Origin: Parcubacteria group bacterium LiPW_41
Lineage (GTDB): Bacteria > Patescibacteriota > Minisyncoccia > UBA6257 > GWB1-50-10
DNA length: 64,000 bases
Reading direction: 5' to 3'
NCBI GenBank assembly: GCA_007375535.1
Contig: VMEM01000001.1
Location: 103,462-167,461, forward strand
Shown: positions 9,561 to 20,188 of the stretch, piece after piece
How the letters are laid out: each line of letters opens with the position of its first letter
How positions within the stretch are numbered: the first letter of the stretch is position 1
The notes under the pieces: generated by a model
What the model was told of the DNA's origin: nothing
What the model saw: the letters and a program-made list of their open reading frames with translations, nothing else
The model's database searches: none
Position numbers and translations under genes: made by a program

Positions 9561-9902
9561 ATGAGTTTTTCAAACGAACAAACAGAAGAATTGAAGGTAA
9601 AACTTCTTGAAGAGAAAAAACGAATTCTTTCTCACCTCAAAACTGCGAAAAAGAATTCAAGTTTCGGAGAAAATATTGATGACACAGACGACGAAACAGA
9701 GGAAACAGAGGAGTTTGCAAATTACCTTGGTGTCGAACGAGTAGAAGAAGATGCAATTCACGACATCGACGTCGCACTAGAAAAAATGAAGGAAGGATTG
9801 TATGGAGCTTGTGAACAATGTGGAAACCAAATCTCTTATGAACTTCTTTCAATAGAACCTGAATCTGCACTCTGTAAAGAATGTAAACTTGCAGAAAAAT
9901 AG
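9561..9902 (+). CDS. DksA/TraR-family C4-type zinc-finger protein
   Basis: Coiled-coil N-terminus and C-terminal CEQCG...CKEC four-Cys zinc finger. Confidence 0.6.
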   Translation: MSFSNEQTEELKVKLLEEKKRILSHLKTAKKNSSFGENIDDTDDETEETEEFANYLGVERVEEDAIHDIDVALEKMKEGLYGACEQCGNQISYELLSIEPESALCKECKLAEK

Positions 9903-9905
9903 TCC

Positions 9906-11432
9906 ATGAGTGTTCCTAAAATTTTCTCCGCAGAGCTTGAGGGAATTGAGGCAGAACTCGTTGAGGTGGAGGCCGACTTACATGTCGGCCTCCATTCGTT
10001 TAATATTGTCGGTCTCGCGGACAAGGCGGTCTCAGAAGCAAAGGAACGTGTTAATTCTGCACTTAAAAATTCTGGAATAAAACCACCCTCAAAAGAAAAT
10101 AGAAAAATAACAATAAATCTTGCCCCCGCAGACACAAAAAAAGTCGGGTCCCGCTTTGATCTTGCGATCGCCGTCGCCTATTTACTTGCAAGCGAGCAGA
10201 TAAAACCATTCAACACAAAGGAAATGTTGTTTGTTGGTGAGCTTTCTCTTGATGGAACGCTACGCCCCGTTTCTGGCGCGCTTAATGTCGCACTCCTTGT
10301 AAGGCGACTTGGACTTTCATCTATCTTTCTTCCGTTTCAATCCGCAAAAGAGGCTGCGATTGTCGATGGAATAACTATTTATCCAGTCAAAACACTAAAT
10401 GAACTTATTAATCATCTCGAAAATAGAGAGAAAATAGAACCTCTAATCCACACCGACATTACACCAACATATCCAGAAACAACTACTATGAGCGAAGTAA
10501 GGGGACAAGAAGGGGCGAAACGCGCCCTAATTATCGCAGCAGCAGGAGGTCACAATATATTAATGACGGGAACCCCAGGAACCGGAAAAACAATGCTTGC
10601 AAACGCACTACAAAGCATACTTCCACTACCAACACTAAAAGAACAAATTGAAATCACAAGTATTTGGAGTTCTACAGGACTCACTCAAGGACATTCCTAC
10701 ATTCAAAATCGTCCATTTCGATCACCACACCACTCCGCGTCACCTTCAGCAATATTAGGAGGGGGAACAAATCCAAAAGCTGGCGAAATAAGCTTGGCGC
10801 ACCGCGGCGTTTTGTTCCTTGATGAATTCCCAGAATTTCGTCGCGATGTACTTGAAGGACTTCGACAACCACTAGAAGAAGGAAGAATTTGTGTCGCACG
10901 GGCAAAAAGAGCCCTCTCATTTCCTGCACGATTTATACTTGTTGGAGCAATGAATCCGTGTCCGTGTGGATATTTTGAATCGACAGAAAAAGAATGTACA
11001 TGTACCGCACATGATGTATTACGATATCGAAAAAAATTATCAGGACCACTTCTTGATCGATTTGATATTCACATAACAATCCCGCGCGTTCCTATTGAAG
11101 AGTTAAGGAAACCAAAAGAAGAACAAAATGATACACAACAAAGAGAGCTTGTTGCGCGCGCACGAGAGTTACAACAAAAACGGTTTGAATCTGTAAAACT
11201 TCCTATTCACACAAATTCAGAAATGAGATCAAAAGATGTGGAACAATTTTCCAAACTATCAAATGAAGCGGAAGAATTTTTAAAAAAGATTTTGGAACGA
11301 AATATTCTTTCCACCCGCGGTTATTACCGAATCCTAAAAGTATCAAGAACTATAGCCGACATTGAATCGTGCGAAGAAATAAAAAAAGAACACCTTGCTG
11401 AGGCGTTTCAATACCGAATACAGAGCGAATAA
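9906..11432 (+). CDS. YifB/ComM-family Mg-chelatase-like AAA+ ATPase
   Basis: N-terminal Lon-like domain (GLADKAVSEAKERV). Walker A MTGTPGTGKTMLA and Walker B VLFLDEF. C-terminal ComM-like region. Confidence 0.85.
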   Translation: MSVPKIFSAELEGIEAELVEVEADLHVGLHSFNIVGLADKAVSEAKERVNSALKNSGIKPPSKENRKITINLAPADTKKVGSRFDLAIAVAYLLASEQIKPFNTKEMLFVGELSLDGTLRPVSGALNVALLVRRLGLSSIFLPFQSAKEAAIVDGITIYPVKTLNELINHLENREKIEPLIHTDITPTYPETTTMSEVRGQEGAKRALIIAAAGGHNILMTGTPGTGKTMLANALQSILPLPTLKEQIEITSIWSSTGLTQGHSYIQNRPFRSPHHSASPSAILGGGTNPKAGEISLAHRGVLFLDEFPEFRRDVLEGLRQPLEEGRICVARAKRALSFPARFILVGAMNPCPCGYFESTEKECTCTAHDVLRYRKKLSGPLLDRFDIHITIPRVPIEELRKPKEEQNDTQQRELVARARELQQKRFESVKLPIHTNSEMRSKDVEQFSKLSNEAEEFLKKILERNILSTRGYYRILKVSRTIADIESCEEIKKEHLAEAFQYRIQSE

Positions 11433-11472
11433 ATACTGTTGGGAGTAATATAACTAAAAATATCTCTGATAA

Positions 11473-12516
11473 TTATCGAAGTATAAATGGATTTTTTGCA
11501 CTAACAATCTCAAAATGTACGTGGCATCCATTCACTGATTCCGCATTTCCAGTGCTTCCCATTACACCAATTTTCTGACCACGAGACACAACATCACCAA
11601 TATCAACAAAAGACTTCTCAAGATGTGCATACCGCGTTTTTGTTCCATTTGTGTGTTCGAGTAATGCAAACACTCCATAGCCACCATTCCATCCAGAAGA
11701 CCCATCACCAAACACCTCATCTTTTATAACAACACCGTCCGCTGAAGCAACAACTTCGGTTCCACATTTATTTGCTATATCAACTGCATTATCTTTGTGT
11801 AGCTCTCCCCAGTTCCACCCAACCGCAGGAAGAGAAAAGAAATTTCCAACATCAGGAAGATTTTTTACCAAAACATCTTTTTCTTTTGCTGTTGCATAAG
11901 GAAGAAAAATTATTCCAGCACCCTCTGAAAAAATACTGATATATGTTGGATTGAATTGTTTTATAAGACTTTGAGAAACCTCATATTTTTCGGATATAGA
12001 CACAATAGAGTCGCTTGGTTTTACAGAATACAACAATCCATTTGTTGGGAGTATGGTTATTATATCTCCTCGTTTTACCTCCTTTTTTATCTGGGGATTT
12101 GAAAGTTTTATTGTCTCAAGAGAAAGTGAAAACTTCGATGCAATCCCACGCAATGTTTCTCCTTTTTGCACTTTATAGGTTTTTATTCCGTCTCGCGCAG
12201 TTCCAATATTTGTACTGGGTTGGCTTGACCCACTCACAAAACTCTCATTCTGGGGCTCCTTGCTCTCGGTTTGTGAGTATCCCCAGACAACAGAACCAGA
12301 AATAGTCGGGTCCTGAACAACGTCCATTACTCCACCTTTTTCAAATCTTTGAACCTCAAAATCCCCATTAAAGAAAAATGAGTTAATAAAAATTACAAGA
12401 AACGAAACTAAAACACAAAAAACCACCGAAAAAAAACCAAAATATTTGGAATTTCCTTTGTTCTGGATAAATCCGCGCAAAGCGCGGAAATGTTCAAATA
12501 AATACCTAATACCCAT
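11473..12516 (-). CDS. LysM-domain M23-family metallopeptidase (cell-wall endopeptidase)
   Basis: LysM (YKVQKGETLRGIASKF) plus M23 catalytic HxH region (GSTGNAESVNGCHVHFEI), with an N-terminal TM. Confidence 0.8.
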   Translation of the reverse strand: MGIRYLFEHFRALRGFIQNKGNSKYFGFFSVVFCVLVSFLVIFINSFFFNGDFEVQRFEKGGVMDVVQDPTISGSVVWGYSQTESKEPQNESFVSGSSQPSTNIGTARDGIKTYKVQKGETLRGIASKFSLSLETIKLSNPQIKKEVKRGDIITILPTNGLLYSVKPSDSIVSISEKYEVSQSLIKQFNPTYISIFSEGAGIIFLPYATAKEKDVLVKNLPDVGNFFSLPAVGWNWGELHKDNAVDIANKCGTEVVASADGVVIKDEVFGDGSSGWNGGYGVFALLEHTNGTKTRYAHLEKSFVDIGDVVSRGQKIGVMGSTGNAESVNGCHVHFEIVSAKNPFILR

Positions 12517-12566
12517 ACTATACCAGCGTTTTGGTTATTATTCAATAAATCAAATATAATACTTTA

Positions 12567-13373
12567 ATGAGACAAAAACTCGGACAACACTTTTTGAAAA
12601 ACAAAGAAACTCTTTCATTTATTGCATTACACACAAACATAAAAAAGGGGGACACGCTTATTGAAATCGGACCTGGGCATGGAGAACTTACTAATTTTCT
12701 CATCTCTGAAACACAAAAATGCGGCGCGTCACTCTATTGTATAGAAAAAGATACAACATTTTTTGAAAATATTGAAAAACTACTTACATCAAAAACACAA
12801 AAAAATAAGCTTTTTCGTGGTGATGTACGAGAAATTCTGCCAACACTCCCAAAATCAGAAAAAATAAACAACTATGCGCTTGTTGGAAATATCCCATACT
12901 ACCTCACCTCGTTTTTATTTAGGATAATCAGCGAACTTCCAGAAAAACCTCACACCATAACACTTCTTATACAAAAGGAGGTCGCAGAAAGACTTGTTCA
13001 AAAACCACCAAAACAAAATCTTCTTTCAATGATCATATCTTCCTTCGCTGATGCGAAGATAATAAAACGCGTCTCTCGTGGACAATTCTCGCCACCCCCA
13101 AAAGTGGATTCTGCAGTAATACAACTTGTAACACATAATCGTTACACACAAAAGGAGATTGATATCTACATAAAAACTGTAAAAATAGCATTCTCACAAC
13201 CACGAAAAACGATTTATAACAACATACGCGACAAAAAGAACGAATTAGACACCTCAGAAAAAGAGATAGCATCCATACTCCTTACTTTGGGTATCAAAGA
13301 AAATGCTCGCGCTCAAACATTAGACAAAAAAAACATGATGGCGCTTGCAAAAATGTTGTATAATGAAAAGTAA
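12567..13373 (+). CDS. rsmA: 16S rRNA (adenine1518/1519-N6)-dimethyltransferase
   Basis: GQHFL, EIGPGHGELT, VGNIPYYLTS are KsgA/RsmA signatures. Confidence 0.85.
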   Translation: MRQKLGQHFLKNKETLSFIALHTNIKKGDTLIEIGPGHGELTNFLISETQKCGASLYCIEKDTTFFENIEKLLTSKTQKNKLFRGDVREILPTLPKSEKINNYALVGNIPYYLTSFLFRIISELPEKPHTITLLIQKEVAERLVQKPPKQNLLSMIISSFADAKIIKRVSRGQFSPPPKVDSAVIQLVTHNRYTQKEIDIYIKTVKIAFSQPRKTIYNNIRDKKNELDTSEKEIASILLTLGIKENARAQTLDKKNMMALAKMLYNEK

Positions 13374-14128
13374 TGAGGAATAAAAAAATCCTCTCATTGG
13401 TGGTCGTTCTCGCAGGCATTGCATGCTCGGCGTATCTTTTGCTTTCAAACCAAAATGTAGGAGCAAAATCCTTAACAATCACCGGCTCAGAACGTACTGA
13501 TTCACAATTTTTTGATAAAAAAAATAATCAACTATCAACAAACATTTCTGACCCTTCCTACAACATAACCGAGGAAGCTGCAAAAGAATATACCAAAAAA
13601 ATTATCCAAATGAACACTGGGGGGCAAGGAACGGGTGCGCCCGTCGTCCTTCCTACTGCTCTCGACTTTGAGACAATTGTAAAAGGATATTTATCCCAAA
13701 ACATACAATTCAAAGAGTATTCAGAGAAAGATATTCGTATTTCTCAAGATAATTCTCCAGAATCAAAAACTTCCTATCTAACAAAACTTCAAATAGCACA
13801 GAAAAAACTAGAGTCTTCGTTAAAAACGGGTTTTGTATACGCAGCCGCGCTTTTTGTTAGCGAACAAAAAAGCGATGAAATCCAAAAACACATAAATGCA
13901 TCACAAGAATATATAACAAGTATTCTAGAAATAACCGTCCCAACAAGCGCAAAACAGTTTCATATCGACTTGTTGAATATACACGAGAAAAGAAAGTTGC
14001 TCGGAACGATGCTTCTAGAGAATCCCGATGATCCACTAAAATCGGTGGTTGTTTTACAAGAAATAGAAAAACTCACAGAGAAAGAGGTGTCACTCGTCGA
14101 TTCTTTTGCTTTAATACTTAAGCAATAA
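13373..14128 (+). CDS. Hypothetical membrane-anchored/secreted protein (start of T4SS-like cluster)
   Basis: N-terminal TM/signal anchor; no recognisable domain. Immediately precedes the large secreted protein and the VirB6-like gene. Confidence 0.35.
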   Translation: MRNKKILSLVVVLAGIACSAYLLLSNQNVGAKSLTITGSERTDSQFFDKKNNQLSTNISDPSYNITEEAAKEYTKKIIQMNTGGQGTGAPVVLPTALDFETIVKGYLSQNIQFKEYSEKDIRISQDNSPESKTSYLTKLQIAQKKLESSLKTGFVYAAALFVSEQKSDEIQKHINASQEYITSILEITVPTSAKQFHIDLLNIHEKRKLLGTMLLENPDDPLKSVVVLQEIEKLTEKEVSLVDSFALILKQ

Positions 14129-14130
14129 TT

Positions 14131-15957
14131 ATGAAAAAAATAAGCACATATATAAGTTCGTTTATAATTATTGCTTTTGTTTCTGTTCAGTTTATTCTTC
14201 CAATTCAAATCGCAAAAGCAGAAACACCAGACCCAATGAAAGAGTGTGGTATTGGCGCTCTCACTGACTTTGTTGCTAGCGGTGTTGGGGGCCTAATTAG
14301 TGATGGTCTTGGTTATATAGGAAAGGCAGCCGAAAGTATACCAGTTGTTGGTGGATTGATTGGTGGTATTTTGGGTGGCACAGAAGACCCAGTGAAAGAT
14401 AAAGAAACAAGGACAAACACACAAATTCTCTCAGTAAAAAACTGCATCCAATCACTTACCGACGCCGCATTTAAAGTTGCGCTTGCAAAACTAAAAAAAC
14501 GCTTACTTGATAGGATCACCGACGATACAATTCAATGGATTAATGATGGAGCAAAGGGAAAGCCACGTTTTATTGATAATTTTGATGACGTACTAAAAGA
14601 ATCCGCAAATGAGGCACTAGGTGACACCGCGCGCGAACTTGGACTTGGAAAGTTGTGTGATGAAAAGCTCTCATTAAAACTCCAACTCAACTTACAAAAA
14701 CCCGCCACAAAACAATTCAGAGAAGAGGCTTCTTGTACTTTAGATAAAATCGTAGATAATGTGAGCGATTTTAGTAATGACTTTAGAAATGGTGGATGGG
14801 TTGGATACACCGAAACACTATCTCCAAACAACAATAGGTTTGGACTAGAAATCCTTGCAATGGACAATTTATACTCTGCTCAGACAGAGAATGAGCAAAA
14901 AGCACAAATGCAAGCATCAAGTGGAAATGGTTTTAAAGGTGTGGAAGCGTGTGCTGTGTGGGAAGTATTCTTTGAACAAAACGATTCGAAAGCAAAAACA
15001 TCAATATTAAAAGATGTATACTCTTACACAAATGATAATGATTTTGATTTATTAAGAGACCCAACAAAAACTTTTGACGACGAAGAGCTCGCCAACTTAT
15101 TTGGAAACAGCGTTCCTGGGGCCACACCAACAGGTGCAAGATGTGAAAGAAAAGAAATCACTATGCCGCCAGTACTTGTAAAAGGGCAAGCAGAACAAGC
15201 GCTCCAAAGTGACAAAGACGTCTTAACAAACGCTGACGATCTTTCTCCATACATCTCGGCAATTTTTGACGCGGCAATTAATCGTCTTGTTAAGAGCGGC
15301 CTTGAGGGAATTGGATTAAAACAAGGAGGAGCATCTGGCGGATCATCAATACTCACAGAATCGGGGACCAATCGTCAGCCACAAACCTATGGAACCTCAA
15401 CAAGAGATCAAAATTATAAAAATTATGGGCAAGACTATCAAAATGCAACCGATATAAAAGCTAAACTACGAACAAGTATAACAAACGACACAGCAGAGGT
15501 CCGCGCTCAAATTTCACAACTTGACCAAACTCTCCCTGGATATATTGAGAGTATAAAAAATATAAAAGACAGAATGCAGTATGTTCAACAGTGCGAAATA
15601 CAAAAATCAGACAATGTACTTTCTGTTCTCAATACAACAATCCATCTTCCATGTAACTCAACAAAAACTACAGCAGAATCATTAAATAGTGTTTATGAAA
15701 GCGCAATTGACTTTCAGAAGCTTATTAATTCAATAAAAACCGCACTCACAACAAACCAAAACCTCTCGAACCTAGGAGAGAGCCAGCTCATTGCACTTGG
15801 AACACAAATAAGTAGTGGATTAGAAAAAATAAAAACAACACGTGCAAGTTTACAAGAGACAATCAACAAACTTGAAGAAATCAACACAAAAATCGACCAA
15901 CACATAAAAGCGTGCACCACCGCAACTCCAACATATACATGTCCGGCGACATTCTAA
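14131..15957 (+). CDS. Hypothetical large secreted protein (608 aa) with Gly-rich N-terminal region and coiled-coil C-terminus; T4SS-like cluster component
   Basis: Signal peptide (IAKAETP), G-rich segment, and C-terminal heptad-like region. No recognisable domain. Confidence 0.35.
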   Translation: MKKISTYISSFIIIAFVSVQFILPIQIAKAETPDPMKECGIGALTDFVASGVGGLISDGLGYIGKAAESIPVVGGLIGGILGGTEDPVKDKETRTNTQILSVKNCIQSLTDAAFKVALAKLKKRLLDRITDDTIQWINDGAKGKPRFIDNFDDVLKESANEALGDTARELGLGKLCDEKLSLKLQLNLQKPATKQFREEASCTLDKIVDNVSDFSNDFRNGGWVGYTETLSPNNNRFGLEILAMDNLYSAQTENEQKAQMQASSGNGFKGVEACAVWEVFFEQNDSKAKTSILKDVYSYTNDNDFDLLRDPTKTFDDEELANLFGNSVPGATPTGARCERKEITMPPVLVKGQAEQALQSDKDVLTNADDLSPYISAIFDAAINRLVKSGLEGIGLKQGGASGGSSILTESGTNRQPQTYGTSTRDQNYKNYGQDYQNATDIKAKLRTSITNDTAEVRAQISQLDQTLPGYIESIKNIKDRMQYVQQCEIQKSDNVLSVLNTTIHLPCNSTKTTAESLNSVYESAIDFQKLINSIKTALTTNQNLSNLGESQLIALGTQISSGLEKIKTTRASLQETINKLEEINTKIDQHIKACTTATPTYTCPATF

Positions 15958-15961
15958 ATCA

Positions 15962-18517
15962 ATGCAACAATTGAAAACCCTACTACAAAAAAATAAAAAA
16001 CATATTTATCTTGGTCTCTTACTAGGGTTTGTTTTTGCTGTTGGCGCTCTCACTCCAAATGTTTCAAATGCAATTTTTGGTTTTTCACTTTCCGGAATTG
16101 TTACTGGAATCTTTAAACTTATTGCATATGTTTTTAACTTTATTGCTGGAATATTCTTTGCAATCGCAGCAGCATTTGTTAGTTTTGCACTCGATCTGAA
16201 TATGACAGTCGCCGACCCACAAATAAACGTCATTGCCGACATCGGTTGGAGAATCTCTCGTGATATAGCAAACCTTGGGTTCGTACTTCTCACTGTTATA
16301 ATGGCCTTTACCACCATCATCCGAGTGCAATCATATGGAGCAAAAAAACTTTTGTTAAATCTTATAATCGCAGCTATTGTTGTTAATTTTAGTTTTTTGA
16401 TTGCAGGAACTCTTATTGATTTTTCAAACACACTAACACATTTCTTTATTGGAAGAATTAGCCCTGGTGGTTTTGGAACGGGACTAACAGAGGTCCTTGC
16501 AAACGCTTTTGGTCCTCAAAAGTTTATGCTTGAAGAATCAGACGATCCGATTCCACCAGACCCAAGCGAAGAAGAAAGTGGTTTGGTAACATTTGGTGTT
16601 GCGGTTCTTTCCTCAATTGCTGGGTTGTTCTTTATTGTTTTCTTTACGCTTCTTGCTACCATTGTGCTTCTTATGCTTGCAGCAATGTTTTTAGTTCGTT
16701 ATGTTTTTTTAACATATCTTCTTGTTCTTGCTCCGCTTGCATGGCTTTTCTGGGTATTTCCAGCACTTAAATCACAGAATGGAAAATGGTGGGGATACTT
16801 CTGGCAATATACTTTTTTTGCGCCAGCAGCATCTTTCTTTGTTTATTTGTCACTCGTCGCAGCTGAGAGATTACAAACAATTGAATACCAAACTAAAATT
16901 GCAGGAGCTATTGGTGGGGGACTTCCTGGGATGCTTGGTAAGATAGCCCAACAAGGAACACAAATGATTGTTGTTTCTGCTCTTATGATTGGAGCAATTA
17001 CAATTGCAAAATCTATGGGTATTGCTGGGGCAGACATGGCCAACAAAGCAAAGGACGGCTTGATGAAGGGTGCAAAAACCTACGCAAAAAACCGAGCAAC
17101 CAACTTAGGAACAAGGTTCGCACAAAACAAATTTGTTGGTGGAGCAATGTCTCGTCTTGGTCTCAGTGGAAAAAATCTTAAAGGAACTGGTGAAGACGCA
17201 CAAAAGAAACGAGAGGCAGCAAAAGCAAAGCATCTTGAATATAATGACCGTCAAGCAAAAATTAAAGACAACGAGAAAAAACTCCTCAGCGGCACACTTA
17301 ACCAAACTGAATATGAAGCAATCAGCAGGGAAAATGATGCGCTTAAAGCAAGGGGCGACGAAGGGAAACTTAGTCTCCGAGAGAGAACAAAACTATTTGC
17401 CTTGGATAAAACAAAAGGTGCAGCTGCGCGTGGTCTTGGTGGCGCAATAGAAAAAACAGGAAAGGCCGTCGACAAACAAGCACAAAAGAAAATAGAAGAA
17501 ACCGGATATTACAAGGAACTTTATGGAGGCGTAAGAAAAGGAGTGTTTCCAAAAACAGATAAAAAAGATGAAAAGAAAACTGCAGCAGAACTCGAAAAAG
17601 ATCTCGAGAAAAAACTTAAAATTAAACAAGCAAAACTCGCCCTCCGCGGACCTGATGGGTTACCACGATTTAAAGATGGCGACTTAAAAGACGACAATAA
17701 AGCAATTGCCTTTGATCAACAAACAATTATAAACGCATATCGTAGCGAATTGAGAAACACATCCCCAGAAGATTTAGAAAAAATACACAAATTAGCACTC
17801 GAACAACGTTCAAAAGCAAAAACAAAAGATGAACAAACGCTCGCCAACAACAAACTTGACGCAGCTCGACAAGCAATTAAAGCTAAAACAGGAAGACTCG
17901 AGACCGCGGAACAATATGCTGAGGCACTAAAGAAGGAGAAAGACAGACGCGATGATGCTGTTGCGCTTGGCATTGAGGATAAGACTCCATATGACAAAAC
18001 CATAAATGAATACGAGGGCAAAATGAATTCTTTATTAAATAGAACCTCAAATCGCCTTGATATATTCAACAAGATGGATGACAAACTCAACAAGCTCGAT
18101 ACCGAAAGAGACAACAAACTAAAAGAGCTTGCAGAGAAAACAAAGAAATCCGCCGAAGACATAAAGAAAAGTGATGAGTTTAAACAAATTGATGATAATG
18201 TCTCAGCAGCAAAAACCCACATAAAAAGTGTTGAGTCTGCTATCACAAGTCGCGCACAAAAACTCGGAGAGCTTGATAAAAAAGTTGCTGAGTTAACCAA
18301 GATCCGACAAGAAACTGAAAATCTATCAGAGTCACAACTCAGTGGTTGGGGAGTAACACAAGAAGAAAAGGGTAAGTTAATTGAAGAGCTTGACAAGAGC
18401 CTCTTGGAAACGCAAAACGCTATTGAAAAAAAGAAAGAGAAGAAAGGAGACAGAAAAGGAGAAAAAAACAAAGACACTTATTCTAACTCCCAATTTAAGG
18501 GACCAGTAGGATTTTAA
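15962..18517 (+). CDS. VirB6/TrbL-like polytopic membrane protein with ~490-aa Lys/Glu-rich coiled-coil C-terminal tail
   Basis: About 360 aa with 6-8 predicted TM helices and a periplasmic loop, then an extremely charged, low-complexity KxxE-repeat tail. Sits upstream of PrgI-like and VirB4 genes. Assignment is by architecture only. Confidence 0.45.
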   Translation: MQQLKTLLQKNKKHIYLGLLLGFVFAVGALTPNVSNAIFGFSLSGIVTGIFKLIAYVFNFIAGIFFAIAAAFVSFALDLNMTVADPQINVIADIGWRISRDIANLGFVLLTVIMAFTTIIRVQSYGAKKLLLNLIIAAIVVNFSFLIAGTLIDFSNTLTHFFIGRISPGGFGTGLTEVLANAFGPQKFMLEESDDPIPPDPSEEESGLVTFGVAVLSSIAGLFFIVFFTLLATIVLLMLAAMFLVRYVFLTYLLVLAPLAWLFWVFPALKSQNGKWWGYFWQYTFFAPAASFFVYLSLVAAERLQTIEYQTKIAGAIGGGLPGMLGKIAQQGTQMIVVSALMIGAITIAKSMGIAGADMANKAKDGLMKGAKTYAKNRATNLGTRFAQNKFVGGAMSRLGLSGKNLKGTGEDAQKKREAAKAKHLEYNDRQAKIKDNEKKLLSGTLNQTEYEAISRENDALKARGDEGKLSLRERTKLFALDKTKGAAARGLGGAIEKTGKAVDKQAQKKIEETGYYKELYGGVRKGVFPKTDKKDEKKTAAELEKDLEKKLKIKQAKLALRGPDGLPRFKDGDLKDDNKAIAFDQQTIINAYRSELRNTSPEDLEKIHKLALEQRSKAKTKDEQTLANNKLDAARQAIKAKTGRLETAEQYAEALKKEKDRRDDAVALGIEDKTPYDKTINEYEGKMNSLLNRTSNRLDIFNKMDDKLNKLDTERDNKLKELAEKTKKSAEDIKKSDEFKQIDDNVSAAKTHIKSVESAITSRAQKLGELDKKVAELTKIRQETENLSESQLSGWGVTQEEKGKLIEELDKSLLETQNAIEKKKEKKGDRKGEKNKDTYSNSQFKGPVGF

Positions 18518-18520
18518 ACT

Positions 18521-19624
18521 ATGGACTACTCATTATTCACAGAAGAAATAATTGATAATCGATATGAAACTTTTCCGGCTTCATTGCGCGCAGTTTTTGA
18601 GGCAGAACAAACAAGAAAGACGCTTGCCAGTATTGAACGTGAACACTATTTGAATCCTGACAAATCTCTTATTTTAGAACAATTAGTCGGTTTAACTATT
18701 ATGGGATTTATTCCGCTTCGTAGTTTATCTCACGAAATTGGGGAGCAGCTCTTTCTTAATTTTGAACATGCTCAAGTTCTCACAAATGAGGTATACAACC
18801 GCATTCTTGCTCCATACGAGGATGAAATTGTTGAAATATATAAACCAATAGAGGAGGTTATCGCAGAAGCCGAGCAAATAGATGAAGCAAGGAATTCACA
18901 ACCAGAATCAATAGATTCTAATGAAGTAATAAAAAAGAATGAGGAAATTATAAAACCAAATTTCTTTACTCAAGAGACAAAGGAATCACCAATAAAAATA
19001 GAAACATCAGAGGATGCCCCGCTCATCATCCACGAAGAACCATCTTTTTTTAACAAACAAACAGAAGGAGATGAAAAACGACCAGAAACTCCTTTCAATC
19101 GCTTTATTCCTTCTTCGTCTGAATCCACAGAAAAAGTAGTACCAAGAGCAAAAATAGAAGGGGGGAGCAATCCATTCTCTTTTCTTAAGCCTTCACCAAA
19201 GACAGTTATACACTATGACGAAATAAGAAGTGGCCTTAAACCTGAAATTGGACCAGAAAGTGAGGTAATAAGCGTTGGAGCAATAGATCGCATGACGGAG
19301 CGCCCAATAGAAGCAGCTCAGGAGACGCCAAAAAAAGAAGAGGGTCAACAACAAATAAAGGGTTCGGAAACATTGATTACAATTCAAACTCCTGAGATTA
19401 TAAACATTGCCCCCACTATAACAACAACACCAAACAACTCCCTTCTTGAAAAAGGAGGACTACCTGAACAAGGAAAAGAAAAGAAGCCTTCTTGGATATC
19501 AAATATATTTAAAAAGAAAGAAGGGGATGAAACAAAAACACTCATTCCAGAAATACAAATAAATGAGCAAAAACCTGATGGAATTGACCCAATAATACAA
19601 GGAAACACCATAAATCTTAAATAA
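18521..19624 (+). CDS. Hypothetical acidic protein (T4SS-like cluster)
   Basis: ORF with an acidic, proline-containing C-terminal half. No recognisable domain. Confidence 0.35.
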   Translation: MDYSLFTEEIIDNRYETFPASLRAVFEAEQTRKTLASIEREHYLNPDKSLILEQLVGLTIMGFIPLRSLSHEIGEQLFLNFEHAQVLTNEVYNRILAPYEDEIVEIYKPIEEVIAEAEQIDEARNSQPESIDSNEVIKKNEEIIKPNFFTQETKESPIKIETSEDAPLIIHEEPSFFNKQTEGDEKRPETPFNRFIPSSSESTEKVVPRAKIEGGSNPFSFLKPSPKTVIHYDEIRSGLKPEIGPESEVISVGAIDRMTERPIEAAQETPKKEEGQQQIKGSETLITIQTPEIINIAPTITTTPNNSLLEKGGLPEQGKEKKPSWISNIFKKKEGDETKTLIPEIQINEQKPDGIDPIIQGNTINLK

Positions 19625-19625
19625 A

Positions 19626-19655
19626 CAATCACCAAACGAGGTGATTGTTTTTTTG
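19626..19655 (+). terminator. Rho-independent terminator
   Basis: CAATCACC-aaacga-GGTGATTG hairpin followed by T7. Confidence 0.65.
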
Positions 19656-19679
19656 TTTTCTATTACAATATATAGATAT

Positions 19680-20186
19680 ATGGCCTCTTTTCAGGTACCA
19701 CAATTTATTGAGGAGAAACCAAAAATAATATCTTTTTTTACCTTACAACAATTTCTCCTTCTTGGTGGAGCAGCGATTGCTTCAATTGTTCTGTATTATA
19801 TCTTTTCAATGTTTTTGTGGGTGATTCTCTCTGCATTAATAGTTGGAAGCGCTATTGCTTTGGGGTTTGTAAAAATAAACGGACAAGAACTCCCAAAAGT
19901 TGTTCGGGCTGCGTTTCGTTACTACTGGAACCCACGAAGATATGTATGGCAACGAGCAATGGAGGAAACATCACTTGATACAAGCTCTCTCGAAAAAATT
20001 TCATCCCTGCGTCGCTCGATGAGCATCCAAGAAAAATTCAAAAAAATAGCCGACTCTATTACAACAGGAAAAATTTTCAAACCAGAGGACTCTCTTCCTG
20101 ATGGAACAAAATTACCAAAGGGTAAGTACGAAGTCGTCACCTATCTCACCGGAGAGAAACGAGCTGCAAAACGGGTTGATTTCTAA
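19680..20186 (+). CDS. PrgI/VirB3-like small two-TM membrane protein
   Basis: The first ATG downstream of the terminator is at 19680 (MASFQV...). Two adjacent TM helices and position immediately upstream of VirB4, as for PrgI/VirB3 in Gram-positive-type T4SS. Confidence 0.4.
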   Translation: MASFQVPQFIEEKPKIISFFTLQQFLLLGGAAIASIVLYYIFSMFLWVILSALIVGSAIALGFVKINGQELPKVVRAAFRYYWNPRRYVWQRAMEETSLDTSSLEKISSLRRSMSIQEKFKKIADSITTGKIFKPEDSLPDGTKLPKGKYEVVTYLTGEKRAAKRVDF

Positions 20187-20188
20187 TC

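Noticed and set aside
17716-18477. 253-aa minus-strand ORF (S/L/F-rich) inside the VirB6-like gene
   Set aside because: It is antisense to the K/E-rich low-complexity tail. It is a reverse-complement artefact of AAA/GAA/GCA codon repeats and has no start context or domain.
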